This document shows, piece after piece, positions 24,158 to 37,100 of a DNA stretch of 64,000 nucleotides. The DNA is from Monocercomonoides exilis PA203 (Eukaryota > Protista > Preaxostyla): NCBI GenBank assembly GCA_001643675.2, contig LSRY02000017.1, forward strand, positions 434,001 through 498,000. Reading direction: 5' to 3'. The position numbers and the translations under genes are program-made. The notes under the pieces are model-generated. The model was not told the origin of the DNA, did no database searches, and was given only the letters and a program-made list of their open reading frames with translations. Each line of letters starts with the position of its first letter. Position 1 is the stretch's first letter.

Positions 24158-27100
24158 ATGGATTCAAATCCCTTTCACACATCTATCCAAGAACGTTCAG
24201 AATTAAGAAAACAAACATTTGCCCAGGGTTAGCTTTTTTAACTTTACAATATATTTTAACAGTTTTAATCCTGAAAACTGTTTATAAATGTTTTCAATTT
24301 TGTAGATCATGATCCAGCAAATCGGAGGAATCATTTTGATGAGGCTCAATTCAGCATGAGGAATTCAAGCCGAAATGAAAAGCTTAATTCGCATAGAACA
24401 TTTACGGAAGCAGATGATTTTTCCAAAATGAGCGATGAAACAAAAAACATGGTTTTTATTATTTAATTAACACAAGTTAACTGATTGGTTTTAATATCAT
24501 TATTTTACTTAAGGTTGCGCATCTTCACGAAGAAGTGCCAAAACTTTCAAATCCTGATCCAAGCATTAGACACGAGGGACTAAAGTTTTGTGCAAATCTT
24601 GTGGGGAAAGGCATGTTCATTTCTTAATACCATTAATGCTTATCTGACCATTTTTTATTTTTTAATCATTCCATGGGGTGCAGATGAGTTTCCACCAATT
24701 CAGTCTTTGTTAGAAACAGGAGCACTTCGGCCAATTATAGAAAATTTAAAAGTTGATACTTATCCAAACAACCAGAAATTTGCTTTAATAATTTTAACTA
24801 ATGTTGTTATGCGAAGCAAAGAGAACTCTTTATTAGTTGCAAAGGAAAATGGAGTTGTGGAGGTGATTAAATGTCTTTTTTCACCAGTTGATGATGTAAT
24901 TGAAGAGGCACTATGGTGCATATCAAATCTTCTTCACGATATTCCAGCAACAGACAAGGTGATGCTCGATTTAGATATATTTGATGCGTTCACCTGGCTT
25001 TTGTCTGGCGAAATTCGTGATCAATCCATCCGCAATGCAGAGCGAACGAACCGCTGGGTGCAGCGGATGATGGAGATGGGCTTTTCTCAGCAGCAGCTGG
25101 AGCACGAGCAGCCTCCGCAGGCACCGAATTATGTCATTCCAGCTGGAAGCGCGCCTATTCTGAGCACATGTGCAGCGTGTCTCAATGAGAAAGTTGGGAA
25201 GGCGTTTGCGTCACATGCGCGGGAAAAGCTGGTTGCGAATGCGCTGGAGGCTGTTTTCTCCAAATCACAGATTGCACAGATACCCGAGTGGTTCTGCCAG
25301 ATTGTGCTGTCGCGGACACGGATATTCCTCGTGTCGCAGGATGCAGACACACTCAGCTCGGCGCTCCATGTGCTGAAGACGATCAGCGCCTCACAGGAGA
25401 AATCGAAGCTCCTCTTGATGTACAACTTCATCCCTCTGCTGAGCCCTTGGCTGTTTATCGTATGGTTTGGAACTGATATGTGCTGATTTCTTTTTAATTT
25501 TTTCTTTTTTATTTTCTTTTTGTTTTTTCTTGAAACTTCATTGAAATGTGCTTTATTGAATTATCCTTTGTTATTTCAAACATCTTTTTATTTATTTATT
25601 TATTTATTTATTTATTCACAAATTAATTGTATCATTTCTATTCTTTTTCTTTTTGTCTTTTCTTTCTTTTCATCTCCAGCAAAAATGAAACCCATGCCCG
25701 TATCCTATCCCTCACACTCAATGTCCTCTCCATCATCTGCAAGACAAACGTCCTCTTAACCCAGCAGCTCCTCAGCAGCGCCCCAGTCAGCAGCATCGTC
25801 GGGATCGCGCAGTCCACGTCATACAACGTCTGCTGCAACGTCTTCCAGCTCCTCCGCTCTGTCCTCGTCTCTCTCCCTTCGCAGTACCCAGCAGTTCTGC
25901 AGTCAAATGCCCATCGTATGGCCATGACTCGTTTATTCCACCAGTCCCTGCGTCCAGAAGAGGCATGCTCTATTGCCTTGTTTCTCGCAGTCTTCTGCAG
26001 CTGTGGCGATGAAGGTGTGGGGGATCTGGTGAAGCTGCAGTTGTGCACAGCCATTATGGAACTGCTACGTAAATTGTATGAGAAGGTGGAGTGTGTCGAT
26101 GCGATCTTGACGCTGTGTGAGGCGCTGCTGGATGCGGTGGACAAAGGCGGGGAGATGATGGCCGACGGGGTGGAGGTGACAAAGGACGAGTATCAGAAGA
26201 GGCAGCTGGAAAGAGAAAGGGCAGCGCGCATTCGGATGCGGCAGCAGGAGGCGCTGGGCACGAGCATGCGGTTTGGGAACGGGATTATGCCGTATGGGTC
26301 GGTGAAGTCGTGGAAGGACATCATGGAAGAGGAGAAGGAGAGGGTGAAGTCGAGGGAGGCGCAGATGAAGAAGCAGCGGCAGGTGCTGAAGAGCCGGTTT
26401 GAGCTGAGGCTGAAGCTGAGGAAGGAAGTGAAGACGCAGTTTGTGGAGAAAGGGATTGTGGGGTTCTTTGTGGAAATGTTGGATGTGAAGAACAAGCTGC
26501 TGAAGAAGCGTGTGGATAAGTTTTTGGCGACTCATTTCAAAGATTATTTGAGTAGAGATGCAGAAGAGTTGGAAGGGATGCATAGAGAAAGGGTGATGAC
26601 AGAGCAAAATGAAGGAAAAAGGAGGAAAAAAGGGAAAAAAGGGAAAAGGGGGATGAATGAAGAAGAAGAAGCAGGAGCAGCAGCAGCAGGAGGAGGAGAG
26701 AAAAACATGGATGAGGAAGGAGAAGATGGAGAAGATGGAGATGGAGATGATGATGAGGAGGATGACAATGAATCCGAGGAAGAAAGCGAGAATTCTGACA
26801 CAGCGCCCAACCCGTCCATCTTCACCATTATTGATCCACAAAGCGCTTCTTCTCTGTTTGCACCTTCATCTTCAGCACAGCAAGGGATGAATTCAGAGTC
26901 AGATATGTCTTCTTCTGCAGACAATGCCTCGGCCAGCACTCAGCCTTCTGCTGCACAGCCGTTCTCTCCATTTGGCGCTTCTTCTTCTTCCTCTTCCTCT
27001 TCCTCTCTTTCTTCTTCTTCTGCTTCTTCTTTAATGTCACAAACAGGCAAACAACCTGTTTCTGCTACCAATCCATATTTCCCCACACAATCGTATTATC

Positions 27101-27789
27101 AATCCATTTCAGCCAATCCATTTGAAACTTCATCATCTTCTTCTTCTCTTCCTCTTCCTCAGCCTAACCAAAACACACCACTTTCTTCAACTTCCTCTTC
27201 TCTTGCTTCCTCTTCCTCTTCCTCCTCCTCTTCTTCTGCTGCTCTGCCAAACCCGCTTGCCTCACCTCCGCTTCCTGTCGTGTCCACACCTTCACCTTCA
27301 TCTTCTCCTTCGTCTGCTTCTGTTTCTGCTTCTAATCTGACAGAATCAAACCCATTTGCAACAGGAGCGTTATCAGCAACTGCACCTTCTTCTTCCTCTG
27401 CTTCTTCTTCTTCTTCTTCACAGCCAGCACAGCTGTTTCCTTTCCCTTCTACCAATTCTTCTTCTTCTTCTTCCCTCACTTCATCGCCTTTCGGCTTGGC
27501 ACCTTCTTCTTTCCCATCTGACTCCTCTGCCCCTTCTTCACATTCCATTTTTTCTTCTCAGCTGGCACAAAACAGACAACAGCAACAACAGCAACCTTCT
27601 CCTCTGAATGTCTCAAACGCTTCTTCTTCTTCTTCTTCTTTAGCCAATCCTGCCACTTCTGCAGGAATGACACGGCAACCAAATGTGTTTGCATCACAGG
27701 CATCCAGTTTCCCTTTCCCTCAGCAGGCACCTAACTTCTCCTTTGCACAGCAGCAGCAGCAGCAGCAGCAGCAGAATCCTTCTGGGTAA
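24158..27789 (+). CDS. Divergent importin-alpha-like armadillo-repeat protein with acidic and Ser/Pro/Gln-rich tail; 5 exons
   Basis: Spliced N-terminus MDSNPFHTSIQERSELRKQTFAQDHDPANRRNHFDEAQFSMRNSSRNEKLNSHR has IBB-like spacing. ARM1 RHEGLKFCANLVGKDEFPPIQSLLETGALRPII is followed by QKFALIILTNV and EEALWCISNL. The exact donor of intron 4 (near 25453) is uncertain. Confidence 0.7.
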
Positions 27790-28227
27790 ATTCAACAGAA
27801 TAATTCTGGATATTATTATTATTAATGCTTTTGAGTTTTTTATGAGTCTCATTTATTTTTTTGAAAAATGAAAAAATATAAAGAATTAAAAAGATAGAAA
27901 ACAATATGGCTTTATTGCTGTGCTTGAAAGAATCTAATTTTATCAAATCAGTACGATTTTGCTTTTTATCTATGAATTATTTTTGACTGGAGATAGTAAT
28001 ACGTGAAAAACCGTTTTTCTTTTCAGACAATACATGTGTCAATTCATGAAGAGTAATTGATATTCAGTTTAGCAGTGAGAAATTCTCTCCAAATGCAAAT
28101 GAATATTTCCATTTTGATTATAAACATAATAAACATACACTTTAATTATTGGAAAATGCAAATTGGGATTTTTGTTGATGAAAAATTTTTGAGATGTTCG
28201 GAATAAACTTGGTATGGCTAAGATCAA

Positions 28228-30395
28228 ATGTTTATTTATTTCACATCGTTTTTCGTCCTTTTATTTTTAAATGCAAATGTTGCATCTGCCGAAGGAAATG
28301 AAGCGCCAGAAATAATTCAATTTCTAGCAATTTCTCGGCATGGAGCACGAGCGCCAAAGAGATATATTCCAACCCTTCCTTGCGATTCATTTAAAGTGGC
28401 TTTTGCTGAATTAACGGAGACTGGACAAAAGCAGCATTATGAACTTGGAAAGCAAATTAGAAAGGATTATCCTTTTATACCAAAGGATTACAAGCAATCT
28501 GATTTTTATTTTCGGTCATCAGATGAAGACCGCTCACTTATGTCGTGTGAGAATAACCTCATGGGTTTATTTGAAGACAACTTTAAAAAGCAGCTGCCTT
28601 TTCAGGTGCGAAAATAAACTTATTTCTATATATTAAAAAAATATTTTCTCAGAGCTACCCTGTTCATTCTGAATCTCGCGATAATGATTACATAATACAA
28701 GGAAGGAAATCTTGTAAAAAGTTTGTTCTTTATGTTTTAAAAATGAATTTAATGAAAATTTAAATATTTGTAATTCAGAGAGATAACAAAAATTGAAGAT
28801 GAAATCATGAAAGGAGATACCTACCGTAAAAAAGAGGAAGAATCAAAGCCGCTTCTTAAAAATTTGACAGAAAAGGGTGGCTTTAATTTCACTTTGACAA
28901 TTGACACGCTCTCCGAGGTTGGAGATCCATTAGATTGTGCAAATGCCCATGGGTACAAGGAATGCATGTTCAAGGGAGAAGACGAACCTCTAAATGATAA
29001 AGCTCTTGAACTTGATAAATGGTCGGTATGAAACTTGCGTTCACATTGATTGATAAGTGTAAGTTATTCATATGATATTTTCTCACCCAGAATCAAATCA
29101 TGCATCCAAAAGAAAACAGCGAACTGGCAAAGATGCTCATTTCACCCTTTGTCGAAGAAGTTGTATCGAAAATTGAAGCTGGAATGAAGAAGAAATCATA
29201 TCAATACTTGTTTTATTCTGGTCATGATGGCAATTTGCTATCTCTTATTCAATTGTTCAAGAAAGATTCACCAGGTGTGCAAGACAAGTTATTTATGATT
29301 TGAAATGACGAGCGCTAATGAACTGAATTCGATTGAATCAATTTTTTGGATCTTTAAATTTTTTTTAAAATCAAATTTGAAATTTGTTTTTCTCATTTTT
29401 ATAAAAATTTGAACACCATTGAATTACTCTATAACATAGGAAAAGTTCCATATGCTTCAATCTTCTATTTCGAAGTGTACAAAATTAACAGCGCTGCTAA
29501 ACGACCATTCAAAGAAAGCGACATTGGAATCAAGCTTGGCTATCGACCTTTTGAAACCACAGCCACAACAGTTAAAAATGTCAATGAGCAACTAAACAAT
29601 ACAAATTCTAAGGGGAAAAGCATCAGAGCCAATAATGCTGTGACTTTGAAGAGCGAAATGGCAGAAAAACCGAAGGACGGGGCCTGGAACAGATTTGGAA
29701 AGGCGTTTAAAATTGATTGGGAAGCAGTCGAAGCTGAAGAAGAAAGGCGCAGAAACAGCAATGAAATGTCTAATTCTGAAAGCATTCAGTACAGTTACAC
29801 ATTGGCTGACAAAGCGACAAATGACTACACAAAAGATGTGTGTGGAAAGGATTACTGCACTGTGTCAGATCTCAAAAAGTATGAAAAGAACTAGTTTTTC
29901 TTTTTTCTTTTTTCTTTTTTCTTTTTTCTTTTTTCTTTTTTCTTTTTTCTTTTTTCTTTTTCTTTTTCTTTTTTTCTTTTTCTTTTTTCTTTTCTTTTCT
30001 TTTTTTTATTTTCAAATTTTAATTTTGTTTTTTTATTGATTTTATTCAATTTTATGAAAAATCATTATTTTATTTAATTTTATTTAATAATTTATTTATT
30101 CCTCACATTCTTCGACAATTGCATCATTTCTATTATAACCATCAGATATTTCCTGACAACAGCCGAGTGGAAGAAACGGTGCCAGATTAACGTTGAGGCT
30201 GAACATGAAGACAAAACAGCTGCATATGAAGCCCAACTGAAGAAATGGAAGGCAGTAGCGACTGTTGTGAGTGTGATATTGGCTGTTGTGTGTGTGTCGG
30301 CTGTGCTGGTGATTGTCATTATGTTCATAAAGAAAAGACGCAACAGCAAGAGAATGGAGTATGAAAACGGGAAGTTCAGACCGTTGAATTCGTAA
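28228..30395 (+). CDS. Histidine acid phosphatase (lysosomal/prostatic type), type I membrane protein; 6 exons
   Basis: Signal peptide, RHGARAP catalytic motif, ELTETGQKQHYELG, FRSSDEDRSLMS, SGHD proton-donor motif and PYAS. The last exon encodes a TM helix (AVATVVSVILAVVCVSAVLVIVIMFI) and tail KKRRNSKRMEYENGKFRPLNS*. Five in-phase GT-AG introns. Confidence 0.92.
29895..30008 (+). repeat. (T4-7C)n pyrimidine microsatellite in the last phosphatase intron
   Basis: Directly visible. Confidence 0.85.
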
Positions 30396-31108
30396 GTTGT
30401 TCCATTGATTAAAAGAAATAAAATAAAATGAAAATTGAATTAAATATATCAGAGAATTTTGTGAGTTTGACTCAATACATTGTTTTGGATTGATGTTAAT
30501 ATGTCGTAAATGCAACTATTTTTTCGTTCTTCAACAAATGTTTATGTCAAAAAAAATTTTTTTCCTTTATTTTTTTTTTTGTATTTTTTTGTAATATATT
30601 ATTTGAGCTTGAAAATCGAGTTATTTTGACTTTCTAACATTTCATAATATATTATGGAATTATTTATAAGAAAGTTCACAAACATGTTTGCTTATTGATG
30701 TTTAAGAAGCTTGTTAAAAATTGTATTTTTACGAAAATGTGAATAATCTGAAAGTTCATAACGAAAATACATTGAATTGTTTTTGTTTTGCAATTATTAT
30801 TAGACCATTAATCACTAACATTGTTGGAAATTTGTTTATATTGTTTTTTCTTAACTTTCGAAATAACGCTTTTTTTTCTTTATGAGAATTTTTTTTTTAT
30901 ATGTTTCGTTCAAAATACCAACAAGTTTGCACAAATATTCAGATTTTTAGACTTTGAATGATAACCTCATATTGCATTTCATTGAACACAGATTTTTTCA
31001 TTTCACCACACATTAAATCACGCCCATTCTTTTATATTTCGGAAGTGTTTTGATATTATGGATCATATGATCAATAAAGTTCTTCGTTGTTTTGTTTTTC
31101 GTAAAGCA

Positions 31109-34100
31109 ATGATATTATACATATTATTTTTATTATCTTATCAATACGGTGAAATTGCTCAAAATGTGCATGTTTTGCAAGGTATGTTCAAACTTGTATA
31201 ACTCTCTTTCAACAATTATGATTTATTTTTATTTTCGGTTGGATTTTTTGTAATTTCATTTTTTTATAAAAAAATCATTGGTGAAAATTAATTAGATATT
31301 GCTTTAACAAAGGCAAATGATGATGAACCCGTCACCGTATACTTGGATACCTCAATCGGGAACAATCATAATAACAAATGTAAGGATCAATCACATCCTT
31401 GCTATTCCTTCAAACAACTTGGAAGCCTTTCATATAAATCGATGATAACGCATCTTCCATCGTCTCAAACGTTTAAGATGCAAACAGCTTCATTTTCTGG
31501 AACAAAAATGGTTGTAAAAGGTTCGAATACTTCAATGCCCAAAATACAATCATCTGAAGTTGTTGCAGAATGGAATTGCATGCTTAGAGAAACTTACTTT
31601 AGTATTAATGAGGTTGAGCTTGCCGTTGTAAATTGTACAGCAATTGATCAAGGATCCTTATTTTTTCTAAACGAGAATTCTCAACTTTTTCTTATGAGTT
31701 GCAAAATTAATCACGGTTCTACAACCGAATCAGGAAAATCTTTTGCAAAATCAACTTCTGGAATTGTAGTTATCAACTATTGTACAATTTCTGGAATCTC
31801 TTTTACAGGGTCAGATTCATTTTTTATGGTGACTGAAGCATCTGGATTGATGATTTCTTCTTCGAATTTTACAAAAATTACTCTAACAAAAGGATCTTCA
31901 TTAATATCATTTGCCGGTTCTGATGAATTTTCCGTTGAAAACTGTAAGTTTATGCAAATAAAGAATTTAAATCTTGATTCGGCTGTTATATATTTACATC
32001 GATCGGCTGCTTCTACGCCGGAAGATCGAAAAATGATCATCAATAACTGTGTGTTCAATGCGTCTAGCAACGATTCCGAACTGCATCAAGGTACGTTTCT
32101 TGTTGTTACGAATGAAGGCGGAGGAAGTGTTGGTGAGTACTTGGGAATTGAAGGAACGACTTTCTGCAGCATCTGGGGGCAGAACAGCGCGCGAGCAGTT
32201 CTGATCAATCGTACAGGAGATTTTGAAGCAGGCGTTGTGAAGTTTGAGAATTGTGTGTTCTCAAACATTTATTCTGCTCTTAGCGGAGCTGCTGTATCTA
32301 TCACAGCTACAAACAACCAAGTCCAGTTTATTGGGTGCTCGTTTACAGATTGTGAGTCGTCTGAGTGGTATGCTGGTATTCTCTACTTCGGCTCAACGAA
32401 AGGGATGTCGTATACAGAACTTTCTGATCAGTCACAACCGACACTTTTAGTTGACAGGTGCACGTTTTCACGTTGCAATTCGAAGACAAGCGCTGGATAC
32501 GGTGGTTCGTTGTTCATTTCTGATGCTGGCTGGGTGAAAGTTGTTCAGTCTTCTTTCGCGGATGGTTATTCGGGTGGCGGAGGAGGTGCAATTGCTTATG
32601 TGGATGGCAGCAGTGGATTTAGTACCATTCCGACTTCTTCTTCTTCTTCGAATGAATTAGACGACGAGAACACTTCACTTTCTTCATCATCATCTTCTTC
32701 TTCTTCTTCCACTTCACAGCATTCATCAAACACTGCCAGCATTCCATTGACTCTGACTCTGGCTTCGTGTAATTTTACAAACATTTCATCGAAAGGCGAC
32801 AAAAGCCACGGAGGAGCCGTGTGCTTCTCAGGGGCTGTAATCCAGATTGGCAAATGTTCCTTCTCCAAGTGCTCTTCTGGTGCTGCGGGAGGAGCTGTTT
32901 CCATCCAGCTGTCAACGAACACTTATCCACAGGCTTTTTCTTCTGGAAATAGTCATTCAGCGATGAATTCTGACTCACTGGATTTCACTTCATTTATTTT
33001 TGAGACGAATTTTTCGAGCAACAAAGTTGGGAAATCTGGAAAAGGTAACGACGTCTATGATATCAATTCCAAAGCTTTGAATTATTGGAACACAGAAAAC
33101 GTGCTTGCATGCAAATCTGACAGTTCCTCAACGAAGTTCGCGTATTATAAAACAGGAAGTTTGGATATCCTTTTTGCAATTAAGTATGACTTCCCAAAAG
33201 AAGGTGAGAAAGTGCACTGGAAAATCTACGTTTCTTCGCTCAATGGCGATGATTCTCAGTTTTGTGGCACCGAAAGCTCGAAATGCAGAAATATTGGCTT
33301 TGCCATGAATTCGACGATGCCGCTGGCACAAAAATTTGAATATTACAACAAGATGACCTCGAGTTCAACTGCCGATGAAAAAAGAAAAATATGTATTCAT
33401 TTCTATATGGATTATACAATGTCGATAATCAGCGCTCCAATCTCACTTGGAACGATCCCAGTGCGTTTGAAGGGAACAGGAAGGCTTTCAACTGAGATGG
33501 TTGCCTCTTCGAATAATTGGGATCCCAATGCTGACTCTGTCATTTATGTCGATGATTCGTCGCTTTCGATGAAGAGCTTTGCTGTTCAGATGTATAAGTT
33601 GAGCAATAGTGGAGTGTGTGCGATTAATGTGAATGGGAAGCGCGGACAGCTGGAGATGTATGATATGATGATTAGGCAGTTCGAGGAATCTCAGGCGGAT
33701 ATCTCCAACTACGGGAAAAGCAGCATTCGTGTGTGCGGGTCTGATGCTACGTTGAATTTGACAGATGTTCATGTCAAATATATGAAGTTTTGGAACACAC
33801 CTGCCATTTTGGTTGAAAGTGCGAAAAATGTTATCATCAACAAATGTGAGTTGTCTCTTCTGAACACAACATCAACGAAAGGAGGAGCTTTGCGCATCAA
33901 TTTGGCAGGAGAGCAGTGGCTTCAGATTAATAACGCATCTTTTGACTGGTGCCAAGCACGAGGGGATTCAGGGAAAGGAGGAGCGTTGTATATAAGCTGC
34001 ACAGATCTTGTGGGCTCAGATGGCTCGGTTGAATGTGTTGAGACAGACAACTTCATTTTGTCAAATCTCTCTTTTGATTTCACTGACTACGCTCCTGTTG

Positions 34101-37100
34101 GCAAGCATTTGTTCCTTTCTGTGAAAAGCCTGAAATCTACCTTAAGTTGCCGACCATTTACTGATTCAACAGACTCTTTATCTCCTTTGGAGGAACGCTT
34201 TGATTTTCCGCTGAGGCCCTCACAGAAACTGGAGCAGGTGAATTCTATTTGTGGTACTGACAGAACTGATTTCAACAACATGAATGTTGATATTTTGGGT
34301 TCGTTTTTGAAGTTCCAGTCGACAATTGTTCATGTTTCTTCAGCGGAGTCTGTTGGAGACACAGCATTCGATTACTTTTTGTGTGGAAGAGCGAAAGAGC
34401 CTTGCAAGACAGTTAGCGAAGCATTGAAGCATTTTGTGAGTGAAAGCTCTGGTACAAGTTTCAATTCAAATAAATTATCTTCTTCTAAGGCAAATGCAGA
34501 AAGGAAATTGGCGATTGTTGAATCTATTGTTGCGCGTGTTCAATTAGAAAAGGATAGGCCATATGTGTTTTCTAACATTGCTGTTGTGTCCTCAAATTCT
34601 GAGAGAAATGCGCTGTTGGCGTTTGATCCCCAATCTTCGTCTTCTTCAGAGTCATCTGCTCCAAATACAGAATATGTGATTATCAGCAACACAGGCAATT
34701 ACATGAAATTCAATCGCTTAAATATACAGTTGATAATGCCATCAACATCTTCTGCAGCCGCAGACACTTGCCGTGCTATTTCTTCATTGATTTCTTCATC
34801 ATCTGGCACAGTGACACTTGACATTGTGACTTTTGTGTTGCCTGGAGACGATTCTTCATTGCCAGGTTCTGGCGTTTATTATTCTCTTTTGAAAGTGACA
34901 GGAGGAGGATGTGTTTTGTCTTCTGTTATTGTAAATGGCCTCAACTTTCGCACTTATCCTTCCAACTCCATTAACACTGCAAATGCTCCTGTTTCCGCAT
35001 TTCAATTCACAAATGAGATCAGAAGCGTTTCGATGAACTCAGTCATCGCAACAAATTGCGCACTTGGCAACGCTCCATTTATCAGCATCGATGTGGAGAG
35101 TTCAGCAGCATCTGCATCAACATCGCTGCAAAATAATCAACATAATTCTGAAGATGCTTCTGAACTGCTTTCATTCGCTTTTAAAAATTGCACTTTTGGC
35201 TCAATTGTCCGCTCAGGATCTGATGCCGTATTGTTTAGTACTGCTAACATAATGAGCGCTCGCTTCGCAAATGAAGAGATGCAACCTCTTTTTGCATTTG
35301 ACTTTACTTCGACAACTTTCAGAGATATCTTCGCAAATGACGGCACCCCAAGTGAAGCCGGAGAAATGAGCGTTATCTCCGGAGAAATAATGAGATTATG
35401 TCAATCAAAAGTTACAATAACCGATTGTAACATTATTGGGAACTCTTCATTATCGCAATTATCGTTAACTCATTCTTCACATGCCAAGCGCAATGCAGAT
35501 GATGTGTTTAGCTGGGAAGGTTCAGCTATCCTTCTCAAAAGCTCTGATACTGTGATTTCTTCTTCCAGCTTCTCATATTGCGCCAATGGTGCTTTAGCTG
35601 CAGCTGATGGCGGGCGACTGGAACTAAACAATGTGGCATTCACCAACAATGATCCACAGATCGAAGGCTTCCCTTCAGCAAGAAGAAACATCCAGTGCTC
35701 AAGTGGTTCAGAAAGCAGAAGTGTGATGAAGAAGTTCAACGGGCAAACTGTGATGGTCATCAACTCGCTTCATGAAGGCAGCGATGGTGCAGACGATGGA
35801 AGTTCGATGTGGATCAACAATGAAGGATGCACACTTGATGGACCTTTGGCTAGCAAAGCGAAAACAATGTTTATTCCACATTTGTACAATGTTGATATTT
35901 TGGATGACAGCGATGAGCTTTCAAATGAGGAGCAATCAAAGAAACTTATGCTGATATTCTATGGAGAAACAATGATGCCACTCAATCTTCGATTTGAAGT
36001 GTTTGAAGTTGCGGCTGTCGAAGTAGATGCAGATGATGTTTCAGAAGCATATACCTCACGAAATTCAGCTTCTTCACTTTATTCATTAAAACCACGCTTT
36101 CAACAACATCATGCGTCTCGGGCAGTGATTGAATCCAAATATCACGAGTTCAACTTCACACAGCACACAAATGACAGTATGGCCTTTGGTGTTATTGACA
36201 CTTCCATTTTTGATTCGGAAGAAGAATGGAGAGTGCGTTTGCTTTATGGCGACTCTTCTTCAGAAGAAGAAGCAGGAAAATCTGAATCTGTTGTAGTGAG
36301 AACAAAAAGTGTAAAGCCTCCAATCGATCCTGTTGGTCCAGAAGATCCTGTTGGCCCTGAAGATCCTCAGAACCCTGATAATCCAAGTGTTAATGGAACA
36401 AACGACAACGGAGTCACTCCTTCGAAAGGAGGAGGTATGATGAAAACAATACTCATAGTTGTCATTTCAGTGTGTGTTGTGGGCGTTGTGTCTGCTGTGG
36501 TTGTTGTGATTTTGGTTGTTCGGAACAGAAACAGAAACAGACAGCGGAGAGTTGGTCAGGCAGCAGCTAAAACGAAGAATCCATTTGATATGAATTCACC
36601 GAACACAGTCGATTATGGAGATGTTGAGGAATCGGAGGACAATAACAATGAACAGTCGAGAAAACTGTTTGCAAAGAAATCCACAAAGCAATTTGATACA
36701 ATCGAAACAGTTGATACTGAAAATGGCAATAATGAAAACATTAAAAAAGCAAAAGGAAACTCACTTCTTGATCTTAACTTAGCAGTCAACGCAGACATAC
36801 AACCTCAAAAGCGATCCAATCGAAATCAGAGAAGAAGAAGACTGAACAATGGGAATGACATTGAAGCCACAGCGGACGAGGCATTTGAGCATAGCGGAGA
36901 CAGTGAAACGGAATACATCGAATTGGAGGATGACAGCATGCCAGTCAAAATCAGCGATATTCCTGCTGAAAATCTGAAGCAGTCGTTTAGAGTTGGCCGA
37001 GCTGTGGACGATGAAGAAGGGGAAGATGCCTTTGTGTTCGTGAGACAGACATCTAAAGAACAGCCCAACCACGTCACAGGTGTTTTGTCTGACGAGGACA

